Assembly: GCA_951406725.2 (NCBI GenBank)
Contig: OX597818.1
Coordinates: forward strand, 12,090,001 to 12,154,000
Length of the DNA stretch: 64,000 nucleotides
Source of the DNA: Octopus vulgaris
Lineage: Eukaryota
Direction of reading: 5' to 3'
A model generated the notes under the pieces. The model made no database searches and had not been told where the DNA came from. It worked only from the letters and a program-made list of their open reading frames with translations. The translations under genes and the position numbers were made by a program. Shown here in pieces: positions 40,072 to 54,129 of this stretch; position 1 is the stretch's first letter, and every line of letters starts with the position of its first letter.

Positions 40072-43000
40072 CTGCAATAGATCAAATTTGAAGAATCATA
40101 ATAAACAACAATAATGCTAGATAAAATACATTTTAAAGGTTACTGGCAGAACAGGGAAACGACTGGAACGACCGACTATCTTATTAAACTATAACAACGA
40201 TCATTAACCAGTGAAGGAGCATATACGAGGTCATTTGACCTGTGAGAAATAGCATGCAAATTTCCCACATTTTCCTTAAATCAAATTCCATTACTTTAAG
40301 GGGAAAAAAAACCTTGTCCTTCAATCTGCCTAAACTACAACCATATCTCTGTGAAATCATATTTTAACGTTTCATGAAAAAAGAAAATTGAATAACGTAA
40401 ATCTTGATTTAAAAAAATCAGAATGATTATGACGAGAAAGCCTTTGGTCGTAGACCAAGACGAAATAGCTTGACAGAAGGTTGATCAACATGAACGAAAA
40501 AGAATACTTTAGACAATATAGTTATGCAAACTCTATGATAAAATAAAACAAAATACTGGAATGTCTATAATAGTGTATCTTTGATCATAGATATACTCAA
40601 CACGGGTTGATTTGGAGTTTAACAACAACACGATATTTCTCTTTTCTTTTTATCATAATCCTCTGAGATTCATTTGAAAGGTGAAGTCGACATCGCTGTG
40701 ATTTGAACTTACTAGGTTGAAAGGCGAACTTAGGAGCTTGTGATGTATTTAGACCAGCACTTTACTGTTACTGTAATTTCCGCCGAAATATTGGAATATA
40801 TGAACCAGAGTCGCATAATTTTGGAGTGCAGGTAGTGTCACTCGCAATTTCAACAAGAATGGCAGGTAGCAGAAACAGTCGAGTGCCGAACAACAAAATA
40901 TCTTGTAGTATTTAGCTATGTTCCATTATGATCTGAGCTCAAACTCAGTCGCGGCTGAAACTGTGTTTCACTCTTCTTGTGTAACTGAAAAAACTATCAG
41001 TTGCGTACTGAGATCGATTTTATTTGCTCTGTCATCATACCACTGAAAATTTATGGGCAAATATATTTATTATCACAGTTGGTGAACAACAGCGCCATTG
41101 GTTATAGATTTGATTGTTTGCTGCATTTAAAATGGCTAGAGTGACAAGGGAGTGTCTGCGAAAGTAGGGCGGAACAAATATTGTAGAGCATATTAGTTCG
41201 AAAGTATCAGTTTATTGGTTTGCTCAGTGAAAGACATCGGCGAAAGACGAATACACATACCCATGTTTGTGAGTGTTTACAAGTGTGCATCTATAAACAA
41301 AGAACTGCCAACTACTTTCCGTTTTCCAAATATGCTCACACGGCTGTGATCAGCCCTAGGCTACAGTAAAAGACATTCTTCAACTATAAATTACTGCATT
41401 CGTACTTAAAGAGAACGACAAAAAAATTTGATTTAGCAATATCTATATTTTAGTGAAGACGTGTCGTTTGGTAGACAGAGGTGCTTAGTTCATGATCATA
41501 AGATCTTGGGTTCAATTCTTGGATCAGGCGGCGTGTTCTGTCTTTGAGCAGTAGGCACTTCATTTCACGCTACTCCTTTTCACTCTTTTGTAAATGTCTA
41601 CCGGCCGGTCGCTCGTTCAAGAGTGACAGAGCCAAGAGGGTGTCTACGTCTGCTCGCGATTACACAGGCATCTAAAATAATTAACGATAACATAGCACAT
41701 GCTACTAAGCCTTGTTCACTGCGTGTGACGGCTGGTTATATTGTACTTTTGTGGTTGTCGTTTAGCTTCAAAGCAACCTCTGATAGAACAAACTTATGGT
41801 CAAAGGTGTTTCAGCTGTAACCACATGGCTTATTTTTTGTACTGTATATTGTCCAGTATCTTCTTCCCTTTTAAGGCAGCAATGTGTAATTTGAGGAAGT
41901 TTGGTTACAATTTTTAGCAATTCGTACGACCGCATAGAGTCACCCCTTTGGTTTAACACCTAGGCTTTTCTCAGTAAATAGTAACAGGAATTTATAGTAG
42001 AACTGTCAGCATAACTAGGTCACAGCAACGACTTGCAGGGTGTTATCTTTACGGTACTCACCTTCATAATTATCATTCGTTAGATAAGTGGACAAAGCTG
42101 TACAGGGGGAAAATGTAAATAAGCTTTCATTTTTCTGACTCAAATTGAGTAAGCTGCATGGCTCCATTATTGAAATCTCTAAGCGGTTTAAACGCACAAG
42201 TCTTCGATATCCAACTAGCTAAAAAGTGTCAGCAAAGGGCACTCCAGAGTGATGACCTGAATGCGGTCAGGTCTCCTTAGAATGTAATAAGGGTCGAAAC
42301 ACGTGCTCGAGGGAGTTTCTTACCACCATATAGAGACAGTAAATCTATAACCAGGAACCTTTCAGCACCTCTTCGTAGAGACCGTTAATATATATCTTTT
42401 ATGCGATTATAGAAACCTATCAACCTATGTTACTTGTTACACACGCGCACACACACACTCGTACTTGTGTGTGGGTGTGTTTGCTTGAGTGCGTGCTTGC
42501 GTGTGCGTGCGTGCGTGTGGCAAGGGAAAGTGAGTGTGAGAGAGAGAGAGAGAGAGAGAGAAAGAAAGAGATATATAATGAGAGAAAGAAAGGGAGAGAA
42601 GGATATATTGTGAATTCTAGGAAGTGCATCACGCTTTGGGAAGTCTGGTGTGTCTGGGTTCTATAAGTGTTTTTGATTCTTGACCGAAGGCCATTTAACT
42701 TCCACACCACTATTACTATTTTTACAGCATTATACAGCAGTTTAGAATAACGTTAATGTTATTTAACAAGTTCGCCACAGTTGTCGCTTAGACTGATGAG
42801 TCATTCATTAATTCTTTTTAGTAACAACGTTAATCTGAAAGGAAATTGAAGGATAGTTGATAAGGTGAAAGAATGCGAATTGCGGCTCGAATCAACTATT
42901 CGTCTTAGAGTTAAGATAGTTCTCTAATAACAAATATATGTTAACCAGACAAAGTCAGGAAAGGCCAGTATGGCGTAGGGAAATGACCCTCGATGAAATA

Positions 43001-43326
43001 AGGTCGCTGCGCTGACGAAAGAAAAAGTCTACTCGTATAAAAATTCTACTTAAATACCCTACGTCATTTCCAAACACTGGCACGCACACGCGCACGCGCA
43101 TGCTCTCTCTCTCTCTCTCTCTCTCTCGCATTTTTATTAACTGACGATACTAAAGGTGTTACTCATGGGCCTAGAATTTGGGGAGAAAATTTGACAAGTG
43201 CATTGGCAACAAACGGTAAATAGCGGCACTTGATTAATTCCTATTGTATACTTAATAAGTAAAAAAAAAATTTAAATATACATTTGCGTGTGTGTATGTA
43301 TGTATGTATGCATGTATGTATGTGTT

Positions 43327-43380
<54 letters not shown>

Positions 43381-43419
43381 TACATATATGCGTGTGTGTG
43401 TGTATGTATATATATATTC

Positions 43420-43467
<48 letters not shown>

Positions 43468-43501
43468 TACATATATGCGTGTGTGTGTATGTATATATAT
43501 A

Positions 43502-43543
<42 letters not shown>

Positions 43544-44611
43544 AATAAATAAAACGTTACACCCACGCGTATATTGATTTCAAATTTTGGCGCAGGGCCA
43601 ACAGGTTTGGCGAAGGGGACTAAGTCGATTAGATTGGTCCCAGTACTCTACTGATATTTATTCTATCAACTTCGGGAGGATGAAAGGCAAAGTGGAACTC
43701 GGCGGAATTTGAAGTCAGAACGTGGAGACGAAATGCCGCTAAGTATATTGCCTGGCGTGCTAACGATTCTGCGACCTCACCAGCTTACGCACGCACACAC
43801 GTACATTACAAGTACATTATGCGTGCGCGATCCGCATGTGTATTCCTGTGTATATGTACACACGAACATTCGCATACACACACACAATCACTCTCTTACA
43901 AACGTGTCCACATGGTTAGGGCATTCTTAGGACATCGCCACTGTATCTCAGTCTCGTTCCGCACTCGCTACTACCCACAACCCGCTCTAAACTACTACTC
44001 ACTCAATATATCATAATGGAAACAGTTCTCTTGAAATCATTTGTTCTGGATTTCTTAGTTTTTGGAAGCAGTTTTATTTGTAGGTGTTTCTTCGTATTTT
44101 TATTAGCAAAATTTTCCTTCTTTTTTTGTAACCTTCGGAATTTCATTCATGAATGTACATGGTTTTGCCCCATTCTTTCATATACGTCCCCAGGCCTGGT
44201 CCCTGGAACTACTTACAACTTAAACAACCAACATACATATATACAAACAGACACACAGACAGAGAGGCATACCAAACATTCAGGGTAGGGTATGAAGTTG
44301 GATGTAAAATATAGGCCAAATTTTTCACAGAAGACTGTCAGTCACAGCATCACGTACGTCGTTATCTCACCAGCTTCCTTTTAAATAAGAAACCTTTGAA
44401 ATACATACATACATGCATACATACACACACATACATACATACATACATACATACATACATACATACATACGCACACACACTCATATACGCACATACATAC
44501 GTACAAACATACGTACATACATAATATGTATGCGTGCGAGCTTGGGTGTGTACATATATGTTCTTTGACACACAAACGCACACATATACATTGTCTGTGT
44601 ATATACATTTT

Positions 44612-44663
<52 letters not shown>

Positions 44664-44685
44664 ATATGTGTTATGTGTTTATGTA

Positions 44686-44716
<31 letters not shown>

Positions 44717-44802
44717 CTACATATAAATGTATGCATGAAAACACACACACACAAATCACACGTATAAAACATATATGAATGTTATGCATATGTATACATA
44801 TA

Positions 44803-44862
<60 letters not shown>

Positions 44863-44904
44863 ATACATATATGGTGTTTGTGTGTGCGCGTGTTCGTGTA
44901 TGTA

Positions 44905-45260
44905 CACCAACTACATAGAGAAAAATTTGTGAAATCCAGGCGATTACCCAAGCACACACTTATGTGAGTGCCAGGGCAAGAGGGTGTATAGAAAAAGGTG
45001 GCGAAACAATCCAGTAAATCCAAAGTTTTCAGCACATACTGAAAATCTAGGAAATGTTCATGAATTACGGAGTATAAAATATAACGGAAAAAGAAGATAT
45101 TCGTAGCCACTTTAACATGGTTTTCTGTTCGGGCGGTCTCGATTGCAGTTTGTTAACCCCAAGAAAGACATTAGTATCACACATCTATTATGCATTTACC
45201 GTCCAGTTACGTTGTTGAAACGATCGTAACTGTATAATAAATGTCATACCAATTCCTTAA
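44905..45260 (+). mobile_element. Very decayed PLE 3' end with eroded hammerhead
   Basis: Weak GIY-YIG C-terminal remnants (AHTYVSARARGC...EMFMN), then GCAGU-UUGUUAA...GAAA-CGAUCG-UA-ACUGU (45145-45233), then (TA)n. Confidence 0.5.
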
Positions 45261-45280
45261 TATATATATATATATATAAT

Positions 45281-45407
45281 CAGCCGAAATTACTACGATG
45301 ATCCGGTTCTTGACTGAAGACTGAGGGCTTCGAATGTCCTGTCTGTGTTTGTTGTATCGTCTTCTAAGTTTTTATGCGTTCTTGTCTCAGTTTATATTTT
45401 TCTACAT

Positions 45408-45490
<83 letters not shown>

Positions 45491-45690
45491 AAACTTTATA
45501 TATAAAGAACGTGAAATACACGAAGTGACGAACACGAAAAACAGACAGTCATTCAGAGCCTTCATTCTTCAGTCAGAAACCGATTCATCATGGCAAATTT
45601 CGGCTGTTTAATTCTGAGATTTGCTCCAAAACGTCCAGCCCCAAAGGAAAAGCTAAGCTATGGGCATTAGATTTCCTTGGTAGAAGGAAA
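45281..45690. repeat. Two diverged copies of one repeat, tail-to-tail around (TA)n
   Basis: 45281-45400(+) and ~45500-45690(-) share CAGCCGAAATT...TGACTGAAGA..GA.GGCT..GAATG.CTGTCTGT. Confidence 0.7.
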
Positions 45691-46263
45691 TAATGTGACA
45701 ACAGAGACGAATAGGAAAACAAGAGACGAAGATAAAATTGGAAACAGTAACGAATAAAAACAGGAATGACTTTGAGACAAAATGAGACAAAAACAATTGA
45801 TCAGCAAGCGTGGAAAGCGATTACCTTTTCGGTAGAGGTGACACGTGTAGAACAGGCGGCTGTCGCCAATGGAATGGCTTAGGAGGAGCAGGTTGCAAGA
45901 AGGTGAGAGAAAGAGAGACAGAGAGAGAGGGGATTAAGGAGAGAGAGAGAGGGGATTAAGGAGGGCAGAGGACAGAAGCAATGACCAAACCCTTTCTACT
46001 CTTTTACTTGTTTCAGTCATTTGACTGCGGCCATGCTGGAGCACCGCCTTTAGTCGAACAAATCGACTCCAGGACTTATTCTTTGTAAGCCTAGTACTTA
46101 TTCTATCGGTCTCTTTTGCCTAACCGTTAAGTTACGGGGACGTAAACGCACCAGCATCGGTTGTCATTCTCTTATTTCCCTCTATATTCCCTATCTCCTC
46201 CTTTTCCATAATAATTCCTTATTTCGAACTCAAATATTTACCTGTATTAAACCATCTCACATC

Positions 46264-46311
46264 GTCTCTGATGAAGGGATATCCATAATATCGCAGAAAC
46301 AGCTGTAAGAC
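46264..46311 (+). ncRNA. Type I hammerhead ribozyme, canonical core
   Basis: GUCU-CUGAUGA-A-GGGAUAU(CCAUA)AUAUCGC-A-GAAA-CAGCUG-UA-AGAC. Stem III is palindromic (ACAGCUGU) and the site is GUA. It sits in a ~360-bp unit (46167-46530) ending at (TA)n. Confidence 0.88.
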
Positions 46312-46526
46312 TATGTCTATAACTTTCTCCTTATAAATGTCCTGGAAGCTCCTCACACCCTTGGCTTTGTTATCTCATTTTGTCTAATATAATATGTATG
46401 CTAATACAAGACCCACATTAGACTCCTCACTCGTATCATTATCGAACCAAGAGTTTAACTACGGTCTGTCCATAGCACTTACTTAGCGTTACCTACCAGT
46501 CTTTGTGTCTTCTAGATACCAATACT

Positions 46527-46565
<39 letters not shown>

Positions 46566-46569
<4 letters not shown>

Positions 46570-46734
46570 GCCAAAACAAGTACCGGGAGTGATAGAAATC
46601 AAACATCCAGTCAGCATCATGGTGTTTAGAGTGATCATTAGTGATGGCCACGTTATGCCCCCATTCATCTTCTCCCATGGTCTCAGACATAGCACGGAGG
46701 CCTACATCAAGTGCTTGGGGGAGGTAGTGCTACC
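46566..46734 (+). mobile_element. Internal fragment of a DD37D (maT) transposase
   Basis: PKQVPGVIEIKHPVSIMVFRVIISDGHVMPPFIFSHGLRHSTEAYIKCLGEVVLP is homologous to 47325-47490(-). Confidence 0.9.
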
Positions 46735-46787
46735 CTTAAAAAACTTTTCTTTTAATTTTTCCAAAATTTAATTGTTTTCCATACTTA

Positions 46788-46823
46788 CAGCTGAAAAAGT
46801 CTCAATGACTGAAACCGGTGCTG
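46788..46823 (+). ncRNA. Mutated minimal hammerhead
   Basis: CAG-CUGAAAA-AGUC(UCAAU)GACU-GAAA-CCGG-UG-CUG. Topology is intact, but the G8A core change and GUG site predict inactivity. Confidence 0.6.
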
Positions 46824-46914
46824 AAATTTCTACCTTGACTTTTTCTATCTTGACTTTGAATAAATTGTCATCTATATTATGCAAAAATGAAGTTTACACT
46901 TACATCTCAATTTA

Positions 46915-48125
46915 ACAGATATATTTACCAAAATTACACAAATATATCTTAAAATACTAAAGAGAAAATATATTCAATAAAACGCCATTGGCTTCAACCA
47001 CGGCTCCCAGACAACTTCAGAATCTCTTGCAGCTCTTCTAGATGGGGTCCTTGTTTTGTTTAAGTTCGTAAGTGCTGCCATCATCCTTGCCTTCAGTTCA
47101 TCTTTGGTGTTACAAGGAGTTTTGTTGACCTCTCGCTCAACTGCGCTCCACGCACAATGATCTAGGGGGTTGCAGCCTGGGGAGTTAGGTGGCCAGATGT
47201 TAGGGGTGATGTGGTCACAGAAATTGTCTGACAGCCATGACTGGGTTCTCTTGCTTGTTTGGCATGGTGCAGAATCCTGATGCCAGACATAGGGTGTTCC
47301 AGCAGCCACCCTCTTGACTCAGGGAAGCACTACCTCCCCCAGGCACTTGATGTAGGCTTCCGTGCTGAGTCTGAGACCATTTGAGAAGATGAATGGGGGT
47401 ATAACGTCGCCATAAATAGTGATCACTCCAAACACCATGATGTTGACTGGATGTTTGGTTTCTATCACTCTCGGTACTTGTTTTAGCAACACGATAAGCC
47501 AACGGTTGTTCTGTGTGTTCATCATCTGATCCTAGTAGAAATCTTTCTCGTCTGAAAAAAACCTGTGTATGTTCGGTTGGAGGGGGTGCTTGAGTTTGTT
47601 CAAAAGCTTCGTAGCGCGGTCTTTCCTCTTGTCCTTGATAACTTGGGATAAAAATTGACCCTTTTTCATCTTGTATGAAGACTATCGAATGTCTTCATGT
47701 ACTACCTACTTGATAAGGAACTCAGACACTCCCATATCCCAGGCGGTGGATATGATTGACTTGGAAGGATAGTTGTCAACCATAGCCTGGATCTCACTAA
47801 AAAATTCACGAGTTCTTTTCTTATCAGAACGATCGGAATGAGTTTTCGGAGCTGCCCTACCTTCGTAATCACCATTAGACTCATCCAACTCTTTCCGAAT
47901 CCCCTGCACGACAGATTGACACCCAAACACTCTGAAACGTTCACATGTCAAGCAGTACAGCATGTCGTTTCCAAATTTCTGGCAGAGTGAACTGCGTCAT
48001 GGTGCTGTTTTTCTCACAGATGATGCCCAACTGACCCTACGATACTGTGTAGTCGACAAAATCAAAGACAAACAATGCTCATACGCGAAATAAAAAATAT
48101 AAAATGGCGACAATTTAGCCAACAT
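46915..48125 (-). mobile_element. Decayed Tc1/mariner-superfamily DD37D (maT) transposon
   Basis: FSDEKDF...VWHQDSAPCQTSKRTQSWLSDNFCDHITPNIWPPNSPGCNPLD has 37 residues between the 2nd and 3rd Asp. Contains stops and frameshifts; TIRs not resolved. Confidence 0.9.
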
Positions 48126-48294
48126 ACGATGAGTGTACACACACATAGACATATATACATACACACACACATACATACATACATAAATACATACATACAT
48201 ATATATATATATACATAATTATTATTTGAGGGAATAAAATCCAAACTTACAAGGAAAAAAATTCAATTTGAAATATTAAATCAAATTTCACACA

Positions 48295-48325
<31 letters not shown>

Positions 48326-48332
<7 letters not shown>

Positions 48333-48641
48333 TAGAAAAAAACACCTTTTATCAATTCAAAATGAACAATTAAATTACACCATCTAGAAAATTACATATA
48401 ATAGAAATATCAAAATTAAAATAACAATAAAATGTCAATGATTAAGTAAATTGCAAAAAAATAATAAAAATAATAATATTCTACCAATTATATACGTTTT
48501 TATTATTTTTTTGTAATTTACGTAATCATTGACATTTTATTGTTATTTTGATTTTAATATTTCTATAATATGTAATTTTCTAGATGGTGTAATTTAATTG
48601 TTCATTTTGAATTGATAAAAGGTGTTTTTTTTCTAATTTTT
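48326..48641. repeat. AT-rich foldback (~145-bp arms, 26-bp spacer) flanked by (TA)n
   Basis: 48326-48470 is the reverse complement of 48497-48641 with only a handful of differences. Confidence 0.93.
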
Positions 48642-49827
48642 ATATATATATATATATACATACATATATTTTGTATCCTGAGATAACATCTCTTTCAGAT
48701 TAACTATGTTAAAAACACAATAATTGTTAGAGAGTCGAAAATTCATTCCAGCAGTGGTCAGTGCAAATGTCAGATGCACATCGGGTACTCGCAATCAGCC
48801 GCATGCTCGAGCGAGAATTCGACGTCTCTGATAATATCAGATTAAAAATCCAGTATATGCAATTGTGGCAGTGTTTTATTAAGACATATTATGTATGTAT
48901 CATACATAATGCATACACATCGACCAGCTGAGCAGCTATTCGTAACATTAGTGAATGTTTTAAGTACTTTTTCCTACGTCAAACATTTCCGTTCGTGTTC
49001 GTCTCAAATCACCTGACAACTGGTGTTGGTTTGTTTACTTCCCTTAACTAAGCGCTTCGACAAAAAATTTTCAGCACTCGCAGCTAAGTAGTACCAACGA
49101 ACCTTTTCTTTGAGAGTTGTATAGTAAATTAGAGAGACTATCAGATCGAACAACCAGCTGGAAGTAACAGCCATATCTCCCTCAAATAAAACTCTTGTCA
49201 TTTCCTAGAAGTATGAAACATTGGATAAAATGGTCTAGAGAGCATTGTGCCTTGTAAAACTAACCGGATGAATCATGGATAGAATGGTTGTGATTCACGG
49301 TCGTCTCGGGCTGAACTGACCTAAACAACAACAACACGCATATACTTACGTACATATATACATAGGTACATATACATATATATATACGTACATACTTTCA
49401 TGTAATTATTGGTACATGGGGATATGTAACACACTGCCTAAATACCAATCATGAGTAATTAGGCTTCTCAAAACCAGAGAGGAGAAAGCTGATGCAAAGA
49501 CTACAAATTCAAGTCATCACTGGAACTGTAAAAATCTATAAAACTTTCCTGAAGTTTATTATTTAAGTATATATGCGCATGTGTAGACATGCAACTATAT
49601 GCATGAGAATACATACATAAAATAAAACAAATCTGCACATATGCATACATACATTAAAAAATACACTGTTGATGTTGAAATTCCAATGAAGGAGCCTTAG
49701 ATCTAGGTTAGAAACCGACTCTTTCTTTATTGGCAAGAAATCTTGAAATAAACCGAATAATTACATACATACATACATTCATACACACATACTACATACA
49801 TACATTCTAAGTCATTGCCGTCATCGT

Positions 49828-50244
<417 letters not shown>

Positions 50245-52537
50245 CCTTTTTTGACGCTAAGTGATTCCATTCCGTATTCTGTTACCAACAAATATTGAAG
50301 CAATGTTAGTGTGTCGGGATGATAGATGTCTAAAAATATCTCACGTCTCGTCTAGGTCCTTATATTGCAGGGTCCCACCCGCAAAAATGTTAGATGTATC
50401 CTCTTTCTACTGCACCCGAGTGAAAGTCAGTTTTGGTTTTGTTAGAAATATTTACCTAATAGTTCGCAGAAGCGTTAGCGTGTCGTACGAAATGCCTTGC
50501 AACATTTCTTGTGATTCCTTACGTTCTTAGTTCAAATTCCGCTGAGTCTGACTTTTTCTTTCATCCTTTTGGGATTGATAAAATAAGTACCAACAGAGCA
50601 CTGAGGTCGATGCAATCGTCTAGTCTCTTCCCTCAAAATGTCAGGCTTTGTACCTATCGTACAAATAAGTATTTAAAGCTGTGAGCCGACGGAATCATTA
50701 GCATGTCGGATACAATGTTTACCGGCATTTCATCTGTCTTTACGTGCCGGATTCAAATCCCGCCGAGGTCGATTTTGCCTTTCATGCCTTCGGGGTCAAT
50801 AAAATAATTGCCAACCCACTCCCACCAAATTACAGGTCTTGTACATATAACAGAAAGCATTATTGTTGCTGTTGTTGTTTCTGTCAAGTCATTCCTGATA
50901 GTTAAGGCAGGCACATGATAAGGGGATGCCCTTCATGATTCCCTCGGTTTGTTTTTCAAACATAGATTACATGTCTGAACTACATTATCCAATGTAATTT
51001 CATTTTCAATAAGGTGCGGTGCTGGTTAAGTTTAAGATTTGGCTGCTATTATAACATTTCTGTCGACCTCATAAAAATCTTCCCCGTCCTTAATGCTGTT
51101 TAACCCCACCCGATCAGCTCTAATTGTGAAGACTTATCAAAGGTTTTCTTGCCATCACAGGCACATCGTTCTTTTATTTTCATGTATCGTCATTATTATC
51201 CTAAACAATTCACTGTGGTAATACATGTGATCAATTTTTTAAGTCGTATTAACGTTAAGTGAAATTTAGCTGCTATTTCTAGGTAGCCGAGGAACCACAC
51301 GAAGCATTCTTGTCTCGTCCTGCAGGTGGATGGCAGTGGATTCTACCCACCCCACTGCCAGCCTCATGTCCACTTTATCTTTTATCTTCAACTCTAAGAA
51401 ATCATAATCTAAGTAACTAAAGGACAATGTTTTCGAATTCAGTTTAGACAAATATCTACTAAATATATGCGACCATCCCTTTCATTGTATGAGAGGAAGA
51501 TCTCTGTTATGCACAAACGGAAGGACTTCATATGTAATGCAGTGTGAATTGGAAGACTTCGATTCCAAAAATCATCACTAAAAATATTAGCAATTGTCTG
51601 ATATTGTTAAATACACTTAAAAAAATTTAAATATACCCAGAAGCTTTTGTCTGTTAATTGCAAGCATAACCTTAATTTATCAAAGCTTTATTTCTGCTCA
51701 TTATATTACATACCGAATGAGGGGAGCGAACTGGCTGAATCGTTAGCACGCCGGACAAAATGTTTAGCAGCATTTCGTTCGTATTTAGTTTTTTTTTTTT
51801 TAGTTCAGCTGCCGCCAAAGTCAACTTAGCCATTCCTTCTTTCGGCGTCAATAAAATAAGTACCAGTTGAGCGCTGAAGCCGATGTATTCAACTTCGTCC
51901 CATCCCCGAAACTGCTGGCCTTGTGCGAAAATTTGAAACTAATATTATAGACTGGATATGTTATTTTCCTTTAACCATATTGTTGAACTCTCTCTCACAC
52001 TGGACCTCCCTACTCTTAAGCTTATTGTAATTACGCGTTACTGTTGGTTCTTGAGTATTTAATACGTTATTATTGTATTCCTTAATTACTATAATGATTG
52101 TTGGTACTCATTAGTAATGTTATGTATGCCAGGTCCACCGTGGTCATTATTGTGGTACAAATAAAGTTATTTTCAATAGTTTCAATTCTCGTTCAGTTCT
52201 TTGGTCTAACACGGCGAGAAACTGCAATAATTTTTTTTTATCACCTCCAGAACTGCGCTGATCCAGCAGACCTGAGATCAAAAGTATTCAAGAAGTTATT
52301 CTCTCCAGCTTTGATATTTTTTCACGAAAACAGTTCTTATTTATTTATTTATTTATTTATTTATCTATTTATTTATTTATACGATATAATCACTGCCGCG
52401 GCATAGCCAAGTCAGTCGGGGCCTTCTGGCAATATACGTGAAAATATTACAGTACCGTCAAACAACCTATTGAATTCCGAAGAGGCTGTTTTCATTGATA
52501 TATGTAAATAAGACAAATCACTGACACACATGCACGC

Positions 52538-52627
<90 letters not shown>

Positions 52628-53177
52628 GTAAACTACATTAAATTGAAGCAAACCAAACGCACAAGCATTCTTTCTGTTCCTCTTCTCTCTATCTTTTATT
52701 TATCTAGCTCAGCATACAGCCTGGCAATTACATTACTTTTGAAAGTAGGGAATTAATTATACAACAAATAATTAGTGAAACTGTTAATGTCATTTTGAGG
52801 GTGTTTTATTGTAATTGTGTTAAATTACACAAATATATTCAATCCAGTGAAGCAAAAAAATGATCCCCCTTTTTTGTAAAGTACTTAAAATATCTGTTGC
52901 TGCTAATGTTATTTGGGTCCAGATTAGTCTTGGTTAATCACACACATGCGCTCACACACACACACATACGTATATACACGCATAGATATACATACATGCA
53001 CACATAACATATATACATATATAGGCTTGGCTGTGTGATAAGAAGTTTGCTTCCTAACCATATGGTTCTGGGTCCAGTTCAACAGCGTGCCACCTTGGGC
53101 AAGTCTTTTTGACTGTAGCCTCGCGTCAATTAAAGCCTTGTGAGTTGATCTGATAGACAGGAACTGAAAGAAACCCA

Positions 53178-53254
<77 letters not shown>

Positions 53255-53787
53255 TGTGTGTATTTGTCTCCTACTGCCACTTGGCAACCGGTGTTGGTGT
53301 GTTTACGTCCACATAACTTAACAGTTCAGCAAAAAAGAACGATAAAATAAGTACGAAGAATAAGTACTGGAGTCGATTCATTTGACTAACATTCTTCAAG
53401 GTGGTGTCCGAGCATTGCAGCTGTCTAATAACTGGAATAAGTAAAAAGATACATGCAAATATACATGCATAAATTCATGCATAATACATACATGAATACA
53501 CACACTTAATATCGTCTTTAGAATCTTCTGTCAACTATCTTTCGGCAAAGGTAGATGGATAATGAAAGCATTTATTCGGCAATTTCCGTACAAAACTTTT
53601 CCTTTTTTATCCCCCCCCCGCCCAGCTGAATCGCTAATGTTTATGTATTTTTTGTGCATGTATTATGTGTTTGTGTGTATGTATGCATATTTGTGTGGCA
53701 CTTGGGTAAGTGTCTTCTACTATAGCCTCTGGCCGACCAAAGCCTTCTGAGTGGATTTCGTAGACGGAAACTGAAAGAAGCCCGTCC

Positions 53788-53836
<49 letters not shown>

Positions 53837-53933
53837 TACACACATGAAAACATAAAGAGAAAACACAACAACGCGAGGACGTGGAAGAAGAATTGTGTTA
53901 TTGGACGGTCAGGAAAGGAAAGAAAGAAGGAGG

Positions 53934-53968
53934 ATTTAACGTTTCGAGCGGAGCTCTTCGTCAGAAAC
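53934..53968 (-). ncRNA. Minimal type I hammerhead, canonical core
   Basis: Minus strand reads GUUU-CUGACGA-A-GAGC(UCC)GCUC-GAAA-CG-UU-AAAU. It lies inside a ~205-bp unit (53832-54036) bounded by (TA)n on both sides. Confidence 0.85.
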
Positions 53969-54034
53969 ATAGAAAAAGGTAAGACCCAAGGAAGGGAAGG
54001 CAGAGGAAAAAAATCGCCAACGATACACACGCGG

Positions 54035-54082
<48 letters not shown>

Positions 54083-54084
54083 GT

Positions 54085-54129
<45 letters not shown>

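Noticed and set aside
42242-42315. Hammerhead (GAAACACGUG palindrome with two hairpins)
   Set aside because: No clean CUGANGA core or UH site; at most an eroded relic.
49677-49725. Hammerhead-like GAAA-UU-CCAAUGA...GAAACCGACUC-UUUC
   Set aside because: It has several core and stem III mismatches.
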